A DNA stretch of 64,000 bases from the NCBI GenBank assembly GCA_050015395.1, contig JBEKBM010000011.1, positions 1 to 64,000 on the forward strand, in the 5' to 3' direction. Position 1 is the stretch's first letter, and each line of letters opens with the position of its first letter. Shown here piece after piece: positions 8,342-18,183 of the stretch. The notes beneath the pieces were generated by a model. That model saw nothing but the letters and a program-made list of their open reading frames with translations. It had not been told where the DNA came from and did no database searches. This DNA is from Candidatus Bathyarchaeia archaeon. Its GTDB lineage: Archaea > Thermoproteota > Bathyarchaeia > Bathyarchaeales > Bathycorpusculaceae. Made by a program: the position numbers and the translations under genes.

Positions 8342-9838
8342 ATGACAGAAATAATAAAATCAGTTGTTTGTCCAATATGCGGCTGCTTATGTGATGACCT
8401 AGAAGTAACAGTGGAAAATAACGAGATTGTTAAAATGAAGAATGGCTGTTCTGTCTGTGAAGCTAAAATGGTTCACGGGTACAAGAGTGATGAGAGAATT
8501 TTAAAGCCGCTGATAAGAAAGGACGGTAAGTTAGTCCCTGTATCGATGGATGAAGCAGTACACAAGGCAGCCCAAATTCTCACGGACGCAAAGTATCCAC
8601 TGCTGTTCGGCTGGAGCAGTTCAACCTGCGAAGCGCAGCGAATTGGTGTTGAATTAGCTGAAGAATTAGGCTCAGCACTTGATAACTGCTGCAGCGTTTG
8701 CCACGGCCCGTCAGTTATGGCAACACAAGAAATCGGTATCCCCTCATGCACTCTTGGGCAAATCAGACATCGTGCAGACCTAATAATTTACTGGGCATGC
8801 AACCCATGGACTTCACACCCAAGACACCTTGAAAGATACACCAGCTTCACTGAGGGACGCTTTGAGGGTAGCGAATGGAAAAGTTATCTGGAAAAATTAA
8901 AAGGTACCCAAAGTAAGAAAAAAGTGGAAGCAGCTTCACGGCGAATCATAGGCGGATATGAACCGACGCCTCCTCCGCAAGCGTACACTGTTGATGCACC
9001 ACCACAGACAATGCAGAAGGCGGGGCGTAAACTGATTGTTGTTGACGTAAGAAAAACCATGACTGCCGAGGCAGCTGATTACTTTATTCAAGTTCAACCA
9101 AACAAGGACTATGAAATACTTGATGCGCTCAGATGTTTAGTGGTTGATCAAGAACTGGACGTTGACAAAGTTGGCGGTGTTCCAGTCGAATACTTAAAAG
9201 AAGTAGCTGACGAAATGGTGAACTGCGAGTTTGGGGTCATCTTCTTCGGTCTCGGCTTAACTCAAAGCGCTGGCAGATTCAGAAACGTCGAAATAGCAAT
9301 TGCGTTAACACGGGACCTTAATAGAAAAACCAAATTTGTAATCTCGCCTATGCGAGGGCACTTCAACGTTACAGGCGCAAACACGGTTTTCGCTTGGCAA
9401 ACAGGTTACCCATATGCAATTGACTTCTCACAAGGGTACCCGCAATACAACCCGGGGGAATTCACAACCATCGACCTTTTGAGACGCGGTGACAACGACG
9501 CAACACTAGTTATTTCATCAGATCCAGGGGCGCACTTTCCTAAGCCAGCCATGCAAAATATGATGAAGCACCCGTTAATCACCATTAACCCAGACATGAA
9601 CGCTATCTCAAGGCTTGGAGACGTGGTGTTTCCAACGCAGTGGTGCGGAATAGAATGTGAGGGCTCAGCTTACCGCATGGATCACGTGCCGATAATGCTG
9701 CGCAAAGTCGTTGAGCCACCACCAGGAATCCTAAACGACGAGCAGCTCCTAAAGAGAATCCTGGATGAAGTCCGAGTAATTAAAGCACAAAAGGCAGAGA
9801 AAGAAGAATCACCCGAGAAAAAAGAGGCGGCTTGCTAA
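8342..9838 (+). CDS. fwdB: Formylmethanofuran dehydrogenase subunit B (Cys form)
   Basis: CPICGCLCDD Fe-S motif, SVCHGP, CTLGQIRHRAD, MRGHFNVTG, YRMDHVP. Confidence 0.96.
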   Translation: MTEIIKSVVCPICGCLCDDLEVTVENNEIVKMKNGCSVCEAKMVHGYKSDERILKPLIRKDGKLVPVSMDEAVHKAAQILTDAKYPLLFGWSSSTCEAQRIGVELAEELGSALDNCCSVCHGPSVMATQEIGIPSCTLGQIRHRADLIIYWACNPWTSHPRHLERYTSFTEGRFEGSEWKSYLEKLKGTQSKKKVEAASRRIIGGYEPTPPPQAYTVDAPPQTMQKAGRKLIVVDVRKTMTAEAADYFIQVQPNKDYEILDALRCLVVDQELDVDKVGGVPVEYLKEVADEMVNCEFGVIFFGLGLTQSAGRFRNVEIAIALTRDLNRKTKFVISPMRGHFNVTGANTVFAWQTGYPYAIDFSQGYPQYNPGEFTTIDLLRRGDNDATLVISSDPGAHFPKPAMQNMMKHPLITINPDMNAISRLGDVVFPTQWCGIECEGSAYRMDHVPIMLRKVVEPPPGILNDEQLLKRILDEVRVIKAQKAEKEESPEKKEAAC

Positions 9839-11530
9839 ATGACCGAGTTACTCATAAAAAACGGCTTCGTCTTTGACCCCATAAACGGGATTAACGGCGA
9901 AAAAATGGACATTGCAATCAAGAACGGCAAAATCGTTGCAAAAGTCACGCGGAGGGCTCAAGTGATTGACGCTACTGGCTTAACCGTTATGCCTGGCGGT
10001 GTTGATATTCATACTCACGTTGCCGGCGGAGAAGTTAATACTGGCAGAATTGTGCGTCCAGAAGATCACGTTAAAGATGTGGAACACAAAACAGCCTTAA
10101 CGCGTTCAGGCACTGGTTATTCAATTCCCTCTACTTTCACGACGGGTTACCGTTATTCACGTATGGGTTACACAACAATCATGAATCCATCTATGGTCCC
10201 ACTAGAAGCAAAGCACACGCATGAAGAACTAAACGATATTCCGCTCGTTGACAAAGCCACGTACCCGCTGCTGGGCGACTGGTGGTTTGTACTAGAAAAC
10301 CTAAGCAAAGGCAACATTGAAGAATGCGCAAAACACGTCGCTTGGATGCTTGATATAACTAAAGGCTACGCCATAAAAATCGTTAACCCCGGCGGACTGG
10401 AATCTTGGGGTTTCGGGCACAATGTCCACAGCATAGATGACCAAGTTCCAAACTTCTGCATTACTCCACGCGAAATAATGAGGGGCTTAGCTAAAGTTAA
10501 CAAACTGCTAAATCTTCCCCACACGATTCACCTTCACACTAACAATCTGGGCTTGCCAGGCAACTACACCACAACCCTCGACACCATGAGGGCGCTTGAA
10601 GACTTATACACAGACGGCAAACCAGTAGCACACATAACCCACTTGCAATTCAGCAGTTACGGCGGCGACGGCTGGAGCCACTTTAAATCGGCAGCAGAAG
10701 AAATCTCAAGCTACATCAACGCTCACAGCCACATGACCTTCGACATGGGACAAATCATATTCACAGACACCACAACCATGACAGCTGACGGCCCCTTCGA
10801 GTTCACGCTCTACGAGTTAAGCGGTCACAAATGGGTTAACAGTGACATTGAAACTGAGACAAGCGGCGGAATCATACCCTTCCAATACAAGAAAAACAAC
10901 GCCGTCAACGCAACCCAGTGGTCAATCGGCTTAGAGTTAGCCTTACTAATTAAGGACCCTTGGAAAATGTTCCTGACCACAGACCACCCCAACGCTGGGC
11001 CATTCTTTGCTTACCCAAGAATTCTCGCTTGGCTAATGAGCAAGGATGCACGTACGGCAACGTTGAATCATTGTCACAAGAAAGCTCAGAAAAAGAGCCT
11101 GCTACCTTCCATTGACAGGGAATTGTCGCTCTACGAGTTAGCAATTATGACTCGTGCGGGACAAGCTAAAGCTTTAGGGCTCAAAAACAAGGGGCAGTTA
11201 GGTGTTGGCGCTGACGCAGACGTTGCAATATACAACATTAATCCTGAAACAACCGACATAGCCAAAGAGTTCAAGACGGTGCGCAGAGCCTTCAAGCATG
11301 CGGCTTACACGATTAAGGACGGCAAAATCGTGGTTAAAGACGGCAAAGTCGTAGGCGAAGCTAGCGGCAGAACCATGTGGCTTGATGTCCAGACAAAAGA
11401 GCCATGCATAATTGACGAAGAGATGAAACGCAAGTTCAAGCAATACTGGACCGTTGAATACGACAATTACCCAGTGTTTGACCATTACTTGAAGGTTCCA
11501 GAAAAATTAACCATAAAGGCACGTGTCTAA
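9839..11530 (+). CDS. fwdA: Formylmethanofuran dehydrogenase subunit A (amidohydrolase)
   Basis: DIHTH, KIVNPGG, HLHTNNLG, TTMTADGP, TTDHPNAGPF. Confidence 0.97.
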   Translation: MTELLIKNGFVFDPINGINGEKMDIAIKNGKIVAKVTRRAQVIDATGLTVMPGGVDIHTHVAGGEVNTGRIVRPEDHVKDVEHKTALTRSGTGYSIPSTFTTGYRYSRMGYTTIMNPSMVPLEAKHTHEELNDIPLVDKATYPLLGDWWFVLENLSKGNIEECAKHVAWMLDITKGYAIKIVNPGGLESWGFGHNVHSIDDQVPNFCITPREIMRGLAKVNKLLNLPHTIHLHTNNLGLPGNYTTTLDTMRALEDLYTDGKPVAHITHLQFSSYGGDGWSHFKSAAEEISSYINAHSHMTFDMGQIIFTDTTTMTADGPFEFTLYELSGHKWVNSDIETETSGGIIPFQYKKNNAVNATQWSIGLELALLIKDPWKMFLTTDHPNAGPFFAYPRILAWLMSKDARTATLNHCHKKAQKKSLLPSIDRELSLYELAIMTRAGQAKALGLKNKGQLGVGADADVAIYNINPETTDIAKEFKTVRRAFKHAAYTIKDGKIVVKDGKVVGEASGRTMWLDVQTKEPCIIDEEMKRKFKQYWTVEYDNYPVFDHYLKVPEKLTIKARV

Positions 11531-12346
11531 ATGATAACCTTAACCCCGCTAAGAAAATTTGACGTTCCAGTACAAGCTGCATGCATTAGCCCAGACGTCT
11601 TCAAGGGCAAAGACACTGCTGAAATAGCAAACCTACCAGTAACCGAAGGAAACCGCCAACTAAAACTGTGCAACCTCTTTGAAATAAAAGAAGACAACGC
11701 TGAAACCCCAACCATAACCATCAACGGCGACGTAGGCAAAGTCAAACGGATTGGTCAATGCATGAAAACTGGCGAAATAGTCATCAACGGCGACTGTGGC
11801 ATGCACACAGGTGAAAAAATGGCAGGCGGCAAAATCACAGTAAACGGCAACGTAGGCGGATGGACAGGCAACGAAATGAAAGCTGGCACAATAGAAATTC
11901 ATGGAGACGCAGGCGACTACTTGGCTTCACCATACCGCGGAAGCAGCAGCACAGGCATGAAAGGCGGCTTAATAACTGTTGACGGCAAAGTCGGAAGCGA
12001 CGTAGGCTGTTACCTGCATGGAGGAGTACTCAAAATCGGCGGCGGCGCAGGCAGATTCCTCGGCTACCACATGAGCGACGGCGCAATCCTTGTTGACAAG
12101 GAAACTGACACTCGTGCTGGCGCATGCATGACAGGCGGCAAAATAGTCATAACAGGCACAATCGAAGAAGTAATGCCCACATTCACCATTGACAGCGTAA
12201 AAGCCAAAGTCAAAATCGACGACACACAAAGCGTCGCAGGACCATTCTACGTGTTTCTCGGCGACTTGGCAGAGCACGGCAAAGGCAAAATCTTCGTCTC
12301 AAAAGCCAACAATCCGCAGCTAAAAACATACGAAAAATACCTATAA
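11531..12346 (+). CDS. fwdC: Formylmethanofuran dehydrogenase subunit C
   Basis: Repeated GxxMxGGxIxVxG beta-helix units, FLGDLAEHGKG. Confidence 0.96.
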   Translation: MITLTPLRKFDVPVQAACISPDVFKGKDTAEIANLPVTEGNRQLKLCNLFEIKEDNAETPTITINGDVGKVKRIGQCMKTGEIVINGDCGMHTGEKMAGGKITVNGNVGGWTGNEMKAGTIEIHGDAGDYLASPYRGSSSTGMKGGLITVDGKVGSDVGCYLHGGVLKIGGGAGRFLGYHMSDGAILVDKETDTRAGACMTGGKIVITGTIEEVMPTFTIDSVKAKVKIDDTQSVAGPFYVFLGDLAEHGKGKIFVSKANNPQLKTYEKYL

Positions 12347-12773
12347 TTCTATTTTGGGCAACGCTTCAGGCGTGAGCTCGCGTCTATTTCTTTTAAACCT
12401 TAATTACTGTTCTTTTATGGTAATTTTTTTGTGGAGTTAGGTTCGGCTATTTACTTGCGGAGAATTGAGCGTTTGGCATGTGTGTAGAGTTGTTCTTTGC
12501 TATTTACTTGTTGAAGTTGGTTGTAAATAGTAGGGAGGGGAGGCTTGATTGTTTTAGATTTATTGTCGAAGGTTAAAGTGTAAGGTATTGTGCTGATGTT
12601 TTTTGTATCCTACTGCGGTTGTTTTACCTTTATTTTAGTTAACAGCGCTTGATTCAGCCTTATTTTTGACGTCACGCATATACATAGATACTAGTCACCC
12701 ATGTCCATTGTTACCTGTCACTAATTTTTCTTAAGCGTAGGATTAGAATAGGTTAACGCTTGCTTCTTCTTGC

Positions 12774-12825
12774 TCGTTTACTATAGTAAACGAAACTTAA
12801 GAATTACGTTTACTACACTATACGA
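12774..12825. promoter_or_regulatory. Tandem palindromic operator-like sites
   Basis: Perfect 20-bp palindrome TCGTTTACTATAGTAAACGA (12774-12793) plus degenerate copy CGTTTACTACACTATACGA (12807-12825). Confidence 0.55.
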
Positions 12826-12900
12826 ATCTTGTATCAAATGGTCAAATGGTGCTTTAAGGATTAATAGCGAAAGCTACAGAAGCTTCTGTCTCTCTCACAC

Positions 12901-12937
12901 CCTACCCCCCCGGTTCACTGTATGATCCAAATATGAT
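12901..12937 (+). repeat. Short degenerate copy of the dispersed repeat family
   Basis: CCTACCCCCCCGGT...CCAAATATGAT matches the CCTACCTCCCGGT and CAAATATGAT blocks of the longer copies. Confidence 0.5.
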
Positions 12938-13008
12938 ACGGGGAATCCGCCTTAAGCCATTGGTTAATGTGAAATAAAGATCAAGAATTGTAAACAAAGA
13001 ATTCTTTT

Positions 13009-13410
13009 TTAAAGTTTAATTCCATTAAAATTTATTGTTAGATTTATGTTTGACCCCTTTTTATCAAAGCTAATCACCATTGGACTGAAAGTATTAACTT
13101 CAGCACAATAACTATCCAATTTGGCTGCTAAAACTTCATCCGTTAAATTATCTATTTGTCTTAAGTCGGAGAAGAGATGTTTTGCTGACACTTCAAAACC
13201 ATGTACTCGAAACCGTTCGGAATCAGGACAAAAACATGCTAAGGAATACGTTATCTCGTTAATGGCTTGCTTAATTTTAACGATATTTTCTTCTGTAAGG
13301 TTATTTTCAAGCTCCATTATTTTAGAAGTTAGTTCCTGAATGTTCTTTCTTTTGTTATCTATTCTATCAATTAATCCAAAGACAATTTTATCTTTTTCAA
13401 GAGCTGCCAT
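13009..13410 (-). CDS. Hypothetical protein (helical)
   Basis: 133-aa ATG ORF in AT-rich accessory region. Confidence 0.7.
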   Translation of the reverse strand: MAALEKDKIVFGLIDRIDNKRKNIQELTSKIMELENNLTEENIVKIKQAINEITYSLACFCPDSERFRVHGFEVSAKHLFSDLRQIDNLTDEVLAAKLDSYCAEVNTFSPMVISFDKKGSNINLTINFNGIKL

Positions 13411-13948
13411 ATTTGTAATTCTACAACTTTAAGCTTTAAGTTTTTGCATCGCTTGTTTTTATGGAAAAAAGGCTTTTTAAAAACTCAAATAGTAAAATTT
13501 CGTATTTAATGGGAGTTTAGAGAAGAAGACGGAGGCAATAAGCTTTCATATCATTCATTTGAACGTAAAGCATGTAAATAGTTAGCATTATATTGTTGTA
13601 AGAATCAAAGCTCAATTTTGGCATTGGAAATAACTTCTCAAAGTCTTCAGCGTTAACATCTATATTGCGCTTTAAGTCATGTCGAATAGAGTTATAAGCA
13701 TTAATGATTCCAGAAAACTCTGGTTGAATATCTGAGTAAATTTTCTCAGCCTGCCGATTCTCAGGAATTTTGCTTGTTGCCTTTTGCGTTTCGGGTCTTC
13801 ATAGATTAAATCAAATGGATAAATACAGAAACGAAATGAACAAACTATAGTTGTTCTTACAGTCGTTCATGTCTTTTGTGGTCGTCCTTATGTGCGTTTT
13901 TTGTGTTTTGGGAAAAAGGGTTATTAATGTTGGACGTTCATAGCGGAT

Positions 13949-14173
13949 TTGGGAAAGCGTATGAAAAGAGAGGAAGCGGTAGTTCTTCTAAAAGAATTAG
14001 GCTCAGAGCGTTTAATCCAACCGTCTTTGGCTCTAATTGAACGGAGAAAACCAGATAGGTATCAATTGCAGATTAGAGGCGATTATAATCGTCAACTAAT
14101 TGGAGTATTTGTAAAGAAGAGACACTTCTCATTCGAAATGAGCAACGATTATTTAATTATTTTCAAGCCATAA
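13949..14173 (+). CDS. Small hypothetical protein
   Basis: 74-aa ORF (ATG at 13961 also possible) with upstream TATA-like TTATTAA. Confidence 0.65.
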   Translation: MGKRMKREEAVVLLKELGSERLIQPSLALIERRKPDRYQLQIRGDYNRQLIGVFVKKRHFSFEMSNDYLIIFKP

Positions 14174-14609
14174 CATTCTTTAAACGGCTTGTTTCTTCAG
14201 CCAATTTTGCCGTATGCGTCCTATGGTGCTTTTTAGTTTTTGCGTCTAATCATCAATTTTTAGTTGGTTGCAATATTCAGAGCTCTTGTTTTAGTTTAAT
14301 GAATTAAGTTGGAAAGGTTTTTTGGGGAATGCCTTTTTTCTTTAAATAATAATCAAAATAAAGCAAAAAAAGAACTTGAATAAGAAGTAGAGTTACTGAG
14401 CACAATGCTTGAAAGCCTAATAGAACTATTAGAAAAGAAGGGAATAGTCTCACAAGCAGAATGGGAAAAGTGCATTAAAGAACAGATATTGGTTAGGTAG
14501 CGCTCGTTTGTGATTGCTTACGTGCAATACAAAAATGTTAAATAGTACTTTAGGTTTAAGCAATATTGCTAACATTTCCACTCCGGCAATGTTAGCCAGA
14601 GTACATGTG

Positions 14610-15800
14610 TTAATGGACTAATGTGTTGCCCTTTTGTCGATTTACGTTTTTTCTTACTTCTTTAGCAGATAAAACTTCAACATCATGAATATGAGTAATT
14701 CCTTCAGCTAACTCTTTTGCTTTACTGCCAATGTAAACAATAGTATCGCCATCCTGTACTTTTGGCAAATCAAGTTGAAGGTTAAAAAGTTGGGTAGCCC
14801 CCCCTTTGTAATACGCATAAGCTGTTACGTTGAACCAAGGTTCTAGCTGTTTTATTAGTTCATGAAAACTTTTTTCCTCTTTAGGAACAATTTCAGGTGG
14901 CTCATCATCAGATTCATTTCCTGTTTCAGAATTTATGGGTGCCGTTTCTGTTTGAGCCCTTAATTGAAGCTTTGTCAAATCATCAACTATTAAGAAAATC
15001 ATAGGTCTAGCCAAATATGGCGCAATATCTATTTGGTCTTCAGAATGCCAACCATATTGGGGTACTCCGAAGAAATCTAGATAATGGCTATCAACGCTTA
15101 TTCCGTAAGGTTGCCAAATTTCTTGAATATTCTCTTTTCTTAACCCTTTCTTTTGAGTATAAAGTTTAGCATCAGTTAAATAAGCGATTATATCTGCAAT
15201 CATAATGTTTATGTTGCATTCATCACCGTGTGGAAATATTTTTGGTTTGGTTTTGTTTATCAATGTGTTCCATGCATGTGTACGTTTGGAAGAAAATCCA
15301 TCCAGTATTATTTCCGGGTTAGAAGTACGTGGCAATGCAAAATATGACCAAGCAGAAAGATAAGAGAACATTGGCTGAAGATTCCTTAAAAATTCTGCCG
15401 ATTTAATTTCATAAGCAGGTGCTTTATAGCCTCCAACTTTAACAAGCGGATATTTGTCTGGGGGCATGACAACATAAGTTATGTGAATAAACTCTATGTA
15501 CTCTTTTAGTTTAGTAATCAGTTTATCACAAAAAGGTATCGCTATTTTATGAGATAATGCTTTTCTTAAGTAACTGGAATCATACATGAGTTTTTTTTGC
15601 GGTAACTGGAACTCGGTCGCTAGTTCTGCAATGGTACTCAAGCATTTTGTCTTAAGCTCTTCATTGTCCCTAACTTGTGCGCCGACACCAAGAGGTGAAT
15701 AGTATGAATCTTCTTTTACAAGATAAGGCGCATTTGTCAGTGGGTCTAATCCTTGGTAAATTTTCCTTCTAAGAAAATCCTTTGAATCAAACGCCAACAA
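14610..15800 (-). CDS. Hypothetical protein with probable RNase H-like (DUF3800-like) N-terminal domain
   Basis: Acidic motifs LAFDSK at N-terminus, IILDGF, and IMIADIIAY, similar to the DE/D/QxAD pattern of DUF3800. Confidence 0.55.
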   Translation of the reverse strand: MLAFDSKDFLRRKIYQGLDPLTNAPYLVKEDSYYSPLGVGAQVRDNEELKTKCLSTIAELATEFQLPQKKLMYDSSYLRKALSHKIAIPFCDKLITKLKEYIEFIHITYVVMPPDKYPLVKVGGYKAPAYEIKSAEFLRNLQPMFSYLSAWSYFALPRTSNPEIILDGFSSKRTHAWNTLINKTKPKIFPHGDECNINIMIADIIAYLTDAKLYTQKKGLRKENIQEIWQPYGISVDSHYLDFFGVPQYGWHSEDQIDIAPYLARPMIFLIVDDLTKLQLRAQTETAPINSETGNESDDEPPEIVPKEEKSFHELIKQLEPWFNVTAYAYYKGGATQLFNLQLDLPKVQDGDTIVYIGSKAKELAEGITHIHDVEVLSAKEVRKNVNRQKGNTLVH

Positions 15801-16112
15801 TGTTATCGCCTAATTGAAATTCAATTATTATTGCTGAACCGTTTTAAGGGTTTGCACTAGAAAAGACATAGTAATAAATCATGGGTGATAATGTAAATAG
15901 CCAAAAAAATTTAATTTTCTTAATCTCTCGCTCTCTTCTTGCTTTAACTATTGCATTTCAGCGTCTATTTGCTGTTTTATCTTTTCATAGCTGATAGCAG
16001 TGACTTCTCAGACTTTTACGATTTCCTAACCTTGTTGGTCTAACATTTGGGTAGCCGAATGCCTTATCAACAGGGCTGAGTTCAAAACACAACAACAGAA
16101 GAGGACAAAGTT

Positions 16113-16898
16113 ATGCGTCAAGTTGACATGGTAAGGCTTGACTTATCAACTGGGAAGGCAGAGAAAACAACGGACTGTGTTGCCGAAGAAGTTCCCCTAC
16201 AAATCTCATTAAATGACGCTTACACATTCGTAATCTGGTGTTCTCCCTCGCAGTTTAAGGAGCTTGCAGTTGGCTACTTGCTTGCCGAGGACATTTTGTG
16301 GTCGGTTGACGAAATTGAATCGTTAAGCTCCAGTGAGAAAGAGAATAGTTGCCATATTAAGTTGAAGGCGGGCGTGGATTTGGATGAGCGCATGAAACAT
16401 TCACGCCGAAGCACCCGCATCATTCCCCTCATCAAAGCCAGCACATCACCCTACCAGCATGACGAGAAAATACCTGTCGTAAAATCGCAGCTGAAGGTTA
16501 AAGCCCAAGTTATCCTAGACGCAATGAACCAGATCAACAGTCTTGCTAAGGGCTTTAAGGAAACTGGGGGGCTGCATGACTCCGCCATTTTCAAGTCAGA
16601 CGGCACAATCGTGGCTTTCTCCGAGGATGTGGGAAGGCACAACACCGTTGACAAAGTCATAGGCGAAGCGTCACTAAAGAAAGAGGATTTCAGCCAGTGT
16701 TTCATGATTATAACTGGGCGTGTGCCGGGCGACATGATTTACAAGGCGGCAAAGGTTGGCTTACCCATTGTTGCTTCCGTGGCGGCGGTTCTTAGCTCAG
16801 GCATTTCCTCGGCGGAAAAAGCTAACATTGCATTGGTGGGGTTTGTGCGTGGGAAGCGTATGAATATTTACACTGGAGCAGAACGAATAATCGTGTAG
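16113..16898 (+). CDS. fdhD: FdhD/NarQ-family Moco sulfurtransferase-like protein
   Basis: AEEVPL, ELAVGYL, FKETGGLH, EDVGRHNTVDKVIG, TGRV, GFVRG. Confidence 0.93.
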   Translation: MRQVDMVRLDLSTGKAEKTTDCVAEEVPLQISLNDAYTFVIWCSPSQFKELAVGYLLAEDILWSVDEIESLSSSEKENSCHIKLKAGVDLDERMKHSRRSTRIIPLIKASTSPYQHDEKIPVVKSQLKVKAQVILDAMNQINSLAKGFKETGGLHDSAIFKSDGTIVAFSEDVGRHNTVDKVIGEASLKKEDFSQCFMIITGRVPGDMIYKAAKVGLPIVASVAAVLSSGISSAEKANIALVGFVRGKRMNIYTGAERIIV

Positions 16899-16904
16899 GC
16901 GTCC

Positions 16905-18176
16905 GTGATGAATAGACCTGATATTAGGCGACTGCCAAAACGTGCTAACCCACAAGAAGCATTAACCAAACTGCTTGATGCAGTACGCTCAAAACCACTA
17001 TCGACCGAAGGTGTCAGGTTAGACGAAGCTTTAGGAAGAGTGTTAGCAAAAGATGTCTTTTCAAACGTTAACATACCAAGCTATGATAAAACCTTCATCG
17101 ACGGCTACGCAATCAACCCAAAAGACACCGCAGACGCATCAACCGCAAAGCCTGCAGTCTTTAAAGTGGTTGGTAAACTGTTTCCAGCTGACTACCCAAC
17201 TAATGCCAAAGTCGCAAGCGGCGAAGCAATTTACGTTGCATGCGGAGCACCCATACCCAAGGGTGCAGCATCAACCGTTAAAGTGGAAGAAACCCGCTTA
17301 AACGGCGACAAAATCGAGGTAGTCAGAGAAATTAAGCCAGGCGAGGGCATTATACCGCTTGGAGACGACGTTAAACAAGACGCATTAATTCTTAAGCAAG
17401 GGCAAGTTTTAAGACCGCAAGACATTGGGTTGCTCGCATCGATTGGAATGTCTGAAGCTGAAGTGTTCAAAAAGCCAAGCATCGCCATTCTATCCGGCGG
17501 AGACGAACTAATCAAACAATGCAAAAAAGACCCAACAAAAATCGCAAATAACTACGCCTTAGTCGTTGCAGGGTTGGCTTCCGAATTAGGCGCCGCAGCA
17601 ATGCTGAAGGGAATAATGCCTGACGCTTTAGACCAAGTGCAAGCGAAAATCGGTGAAGCCTTGCTAGACGCCGATATTGTCGTTACTATCGGCGGCACAT
17701 CGGTAGGCATGAAAGACTTTGTTCCAGACGCCATAAACAATCTTGGACAACCAGGCGTTGTTGTGCAAGGGGTTTTGTTGAGGCCTGGGGCTGTTTCAGG
17801 CTTCGGCGTTGTTAAGGGTAAGCCAGTTGTGATGTTGCCTGGTCACATCGGGTCTTGTATCGCTGGGTTTTACCTTTTTGTTTCTCCCTTAATCCGCCTT
17901 TATTGCGGTCTGCCAGGAGACGGTTTGCTTCCATGTTTAACGGCTGAGTTAAATGAAGCGGTTGATTCTGGCCCGCAATTCAGGTTTCTGCTCCTTCACC
18001 TAAAACGAGCCAATGGCAAACTTTTAGCAGAGCAGGTTGAGGGCGGTTCAAGCGCCTTAACAACTATCGTCAAATCAAACGGATACTCAATAATTCCACC
18101 GCACACAAATTTAGCTAAAGGCACCAAAGTAGACGTCCACTTGTTCGGAAAAACAGAATTGACGCAGATAACCTAA
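16905..18176 (+). CDS. moeA: Molybdopterin molybdenumtransferase MoeA
   Basis: ALGRVLAKDV, DGYA, GGDEL, GGTSVGMKDF, LPG. Confidence 0.95.
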   Translation: MMNRPDIRRLPKRANPQEALTKLLDAVRSKPLSTEGVRLDEALGRVLAKDVFSNVNIPSYDKTFIDGYAINPKDTADASTAKPAVFKVVGKLFPADYPTNAKVASGEAIYVACGAPIPKGAASTVKVEETRLNGDKIEVVREIKPGEGIIPLGDDVKQDALILKQGQVLRPQDIGLLASIGMSEAEVFKKPSIAILSGGDELIKQCKKDPTKIANNYALVVAGLASELGAAAMLKGIMPDALDQVQAKIGEALLDADIVVTIGGTSVGMKDFVPDAINNLGQPGVVVQGVLLRPGAVSGFGVVKGKPVVMLPGHIGSCIAGFYLFVSPLIRLYCGLPGDGLLPCLTAELNEAVDSGPQFRFLLLHLKRANGKLLAEQVEGGSSALTTIVKSNGYSIIPPHTNLAKGTKVDVHLFGKTELTQIT

Positions 18177-18183
18177 AGCAAGT

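Noticed and set aside
13510-14500. Gene fragments near 13515-13800 (-) and 14360-14500 (+)
   Set aside because: They look like frameshifted or stop-interrupted remnants with no recognisable family, so not called
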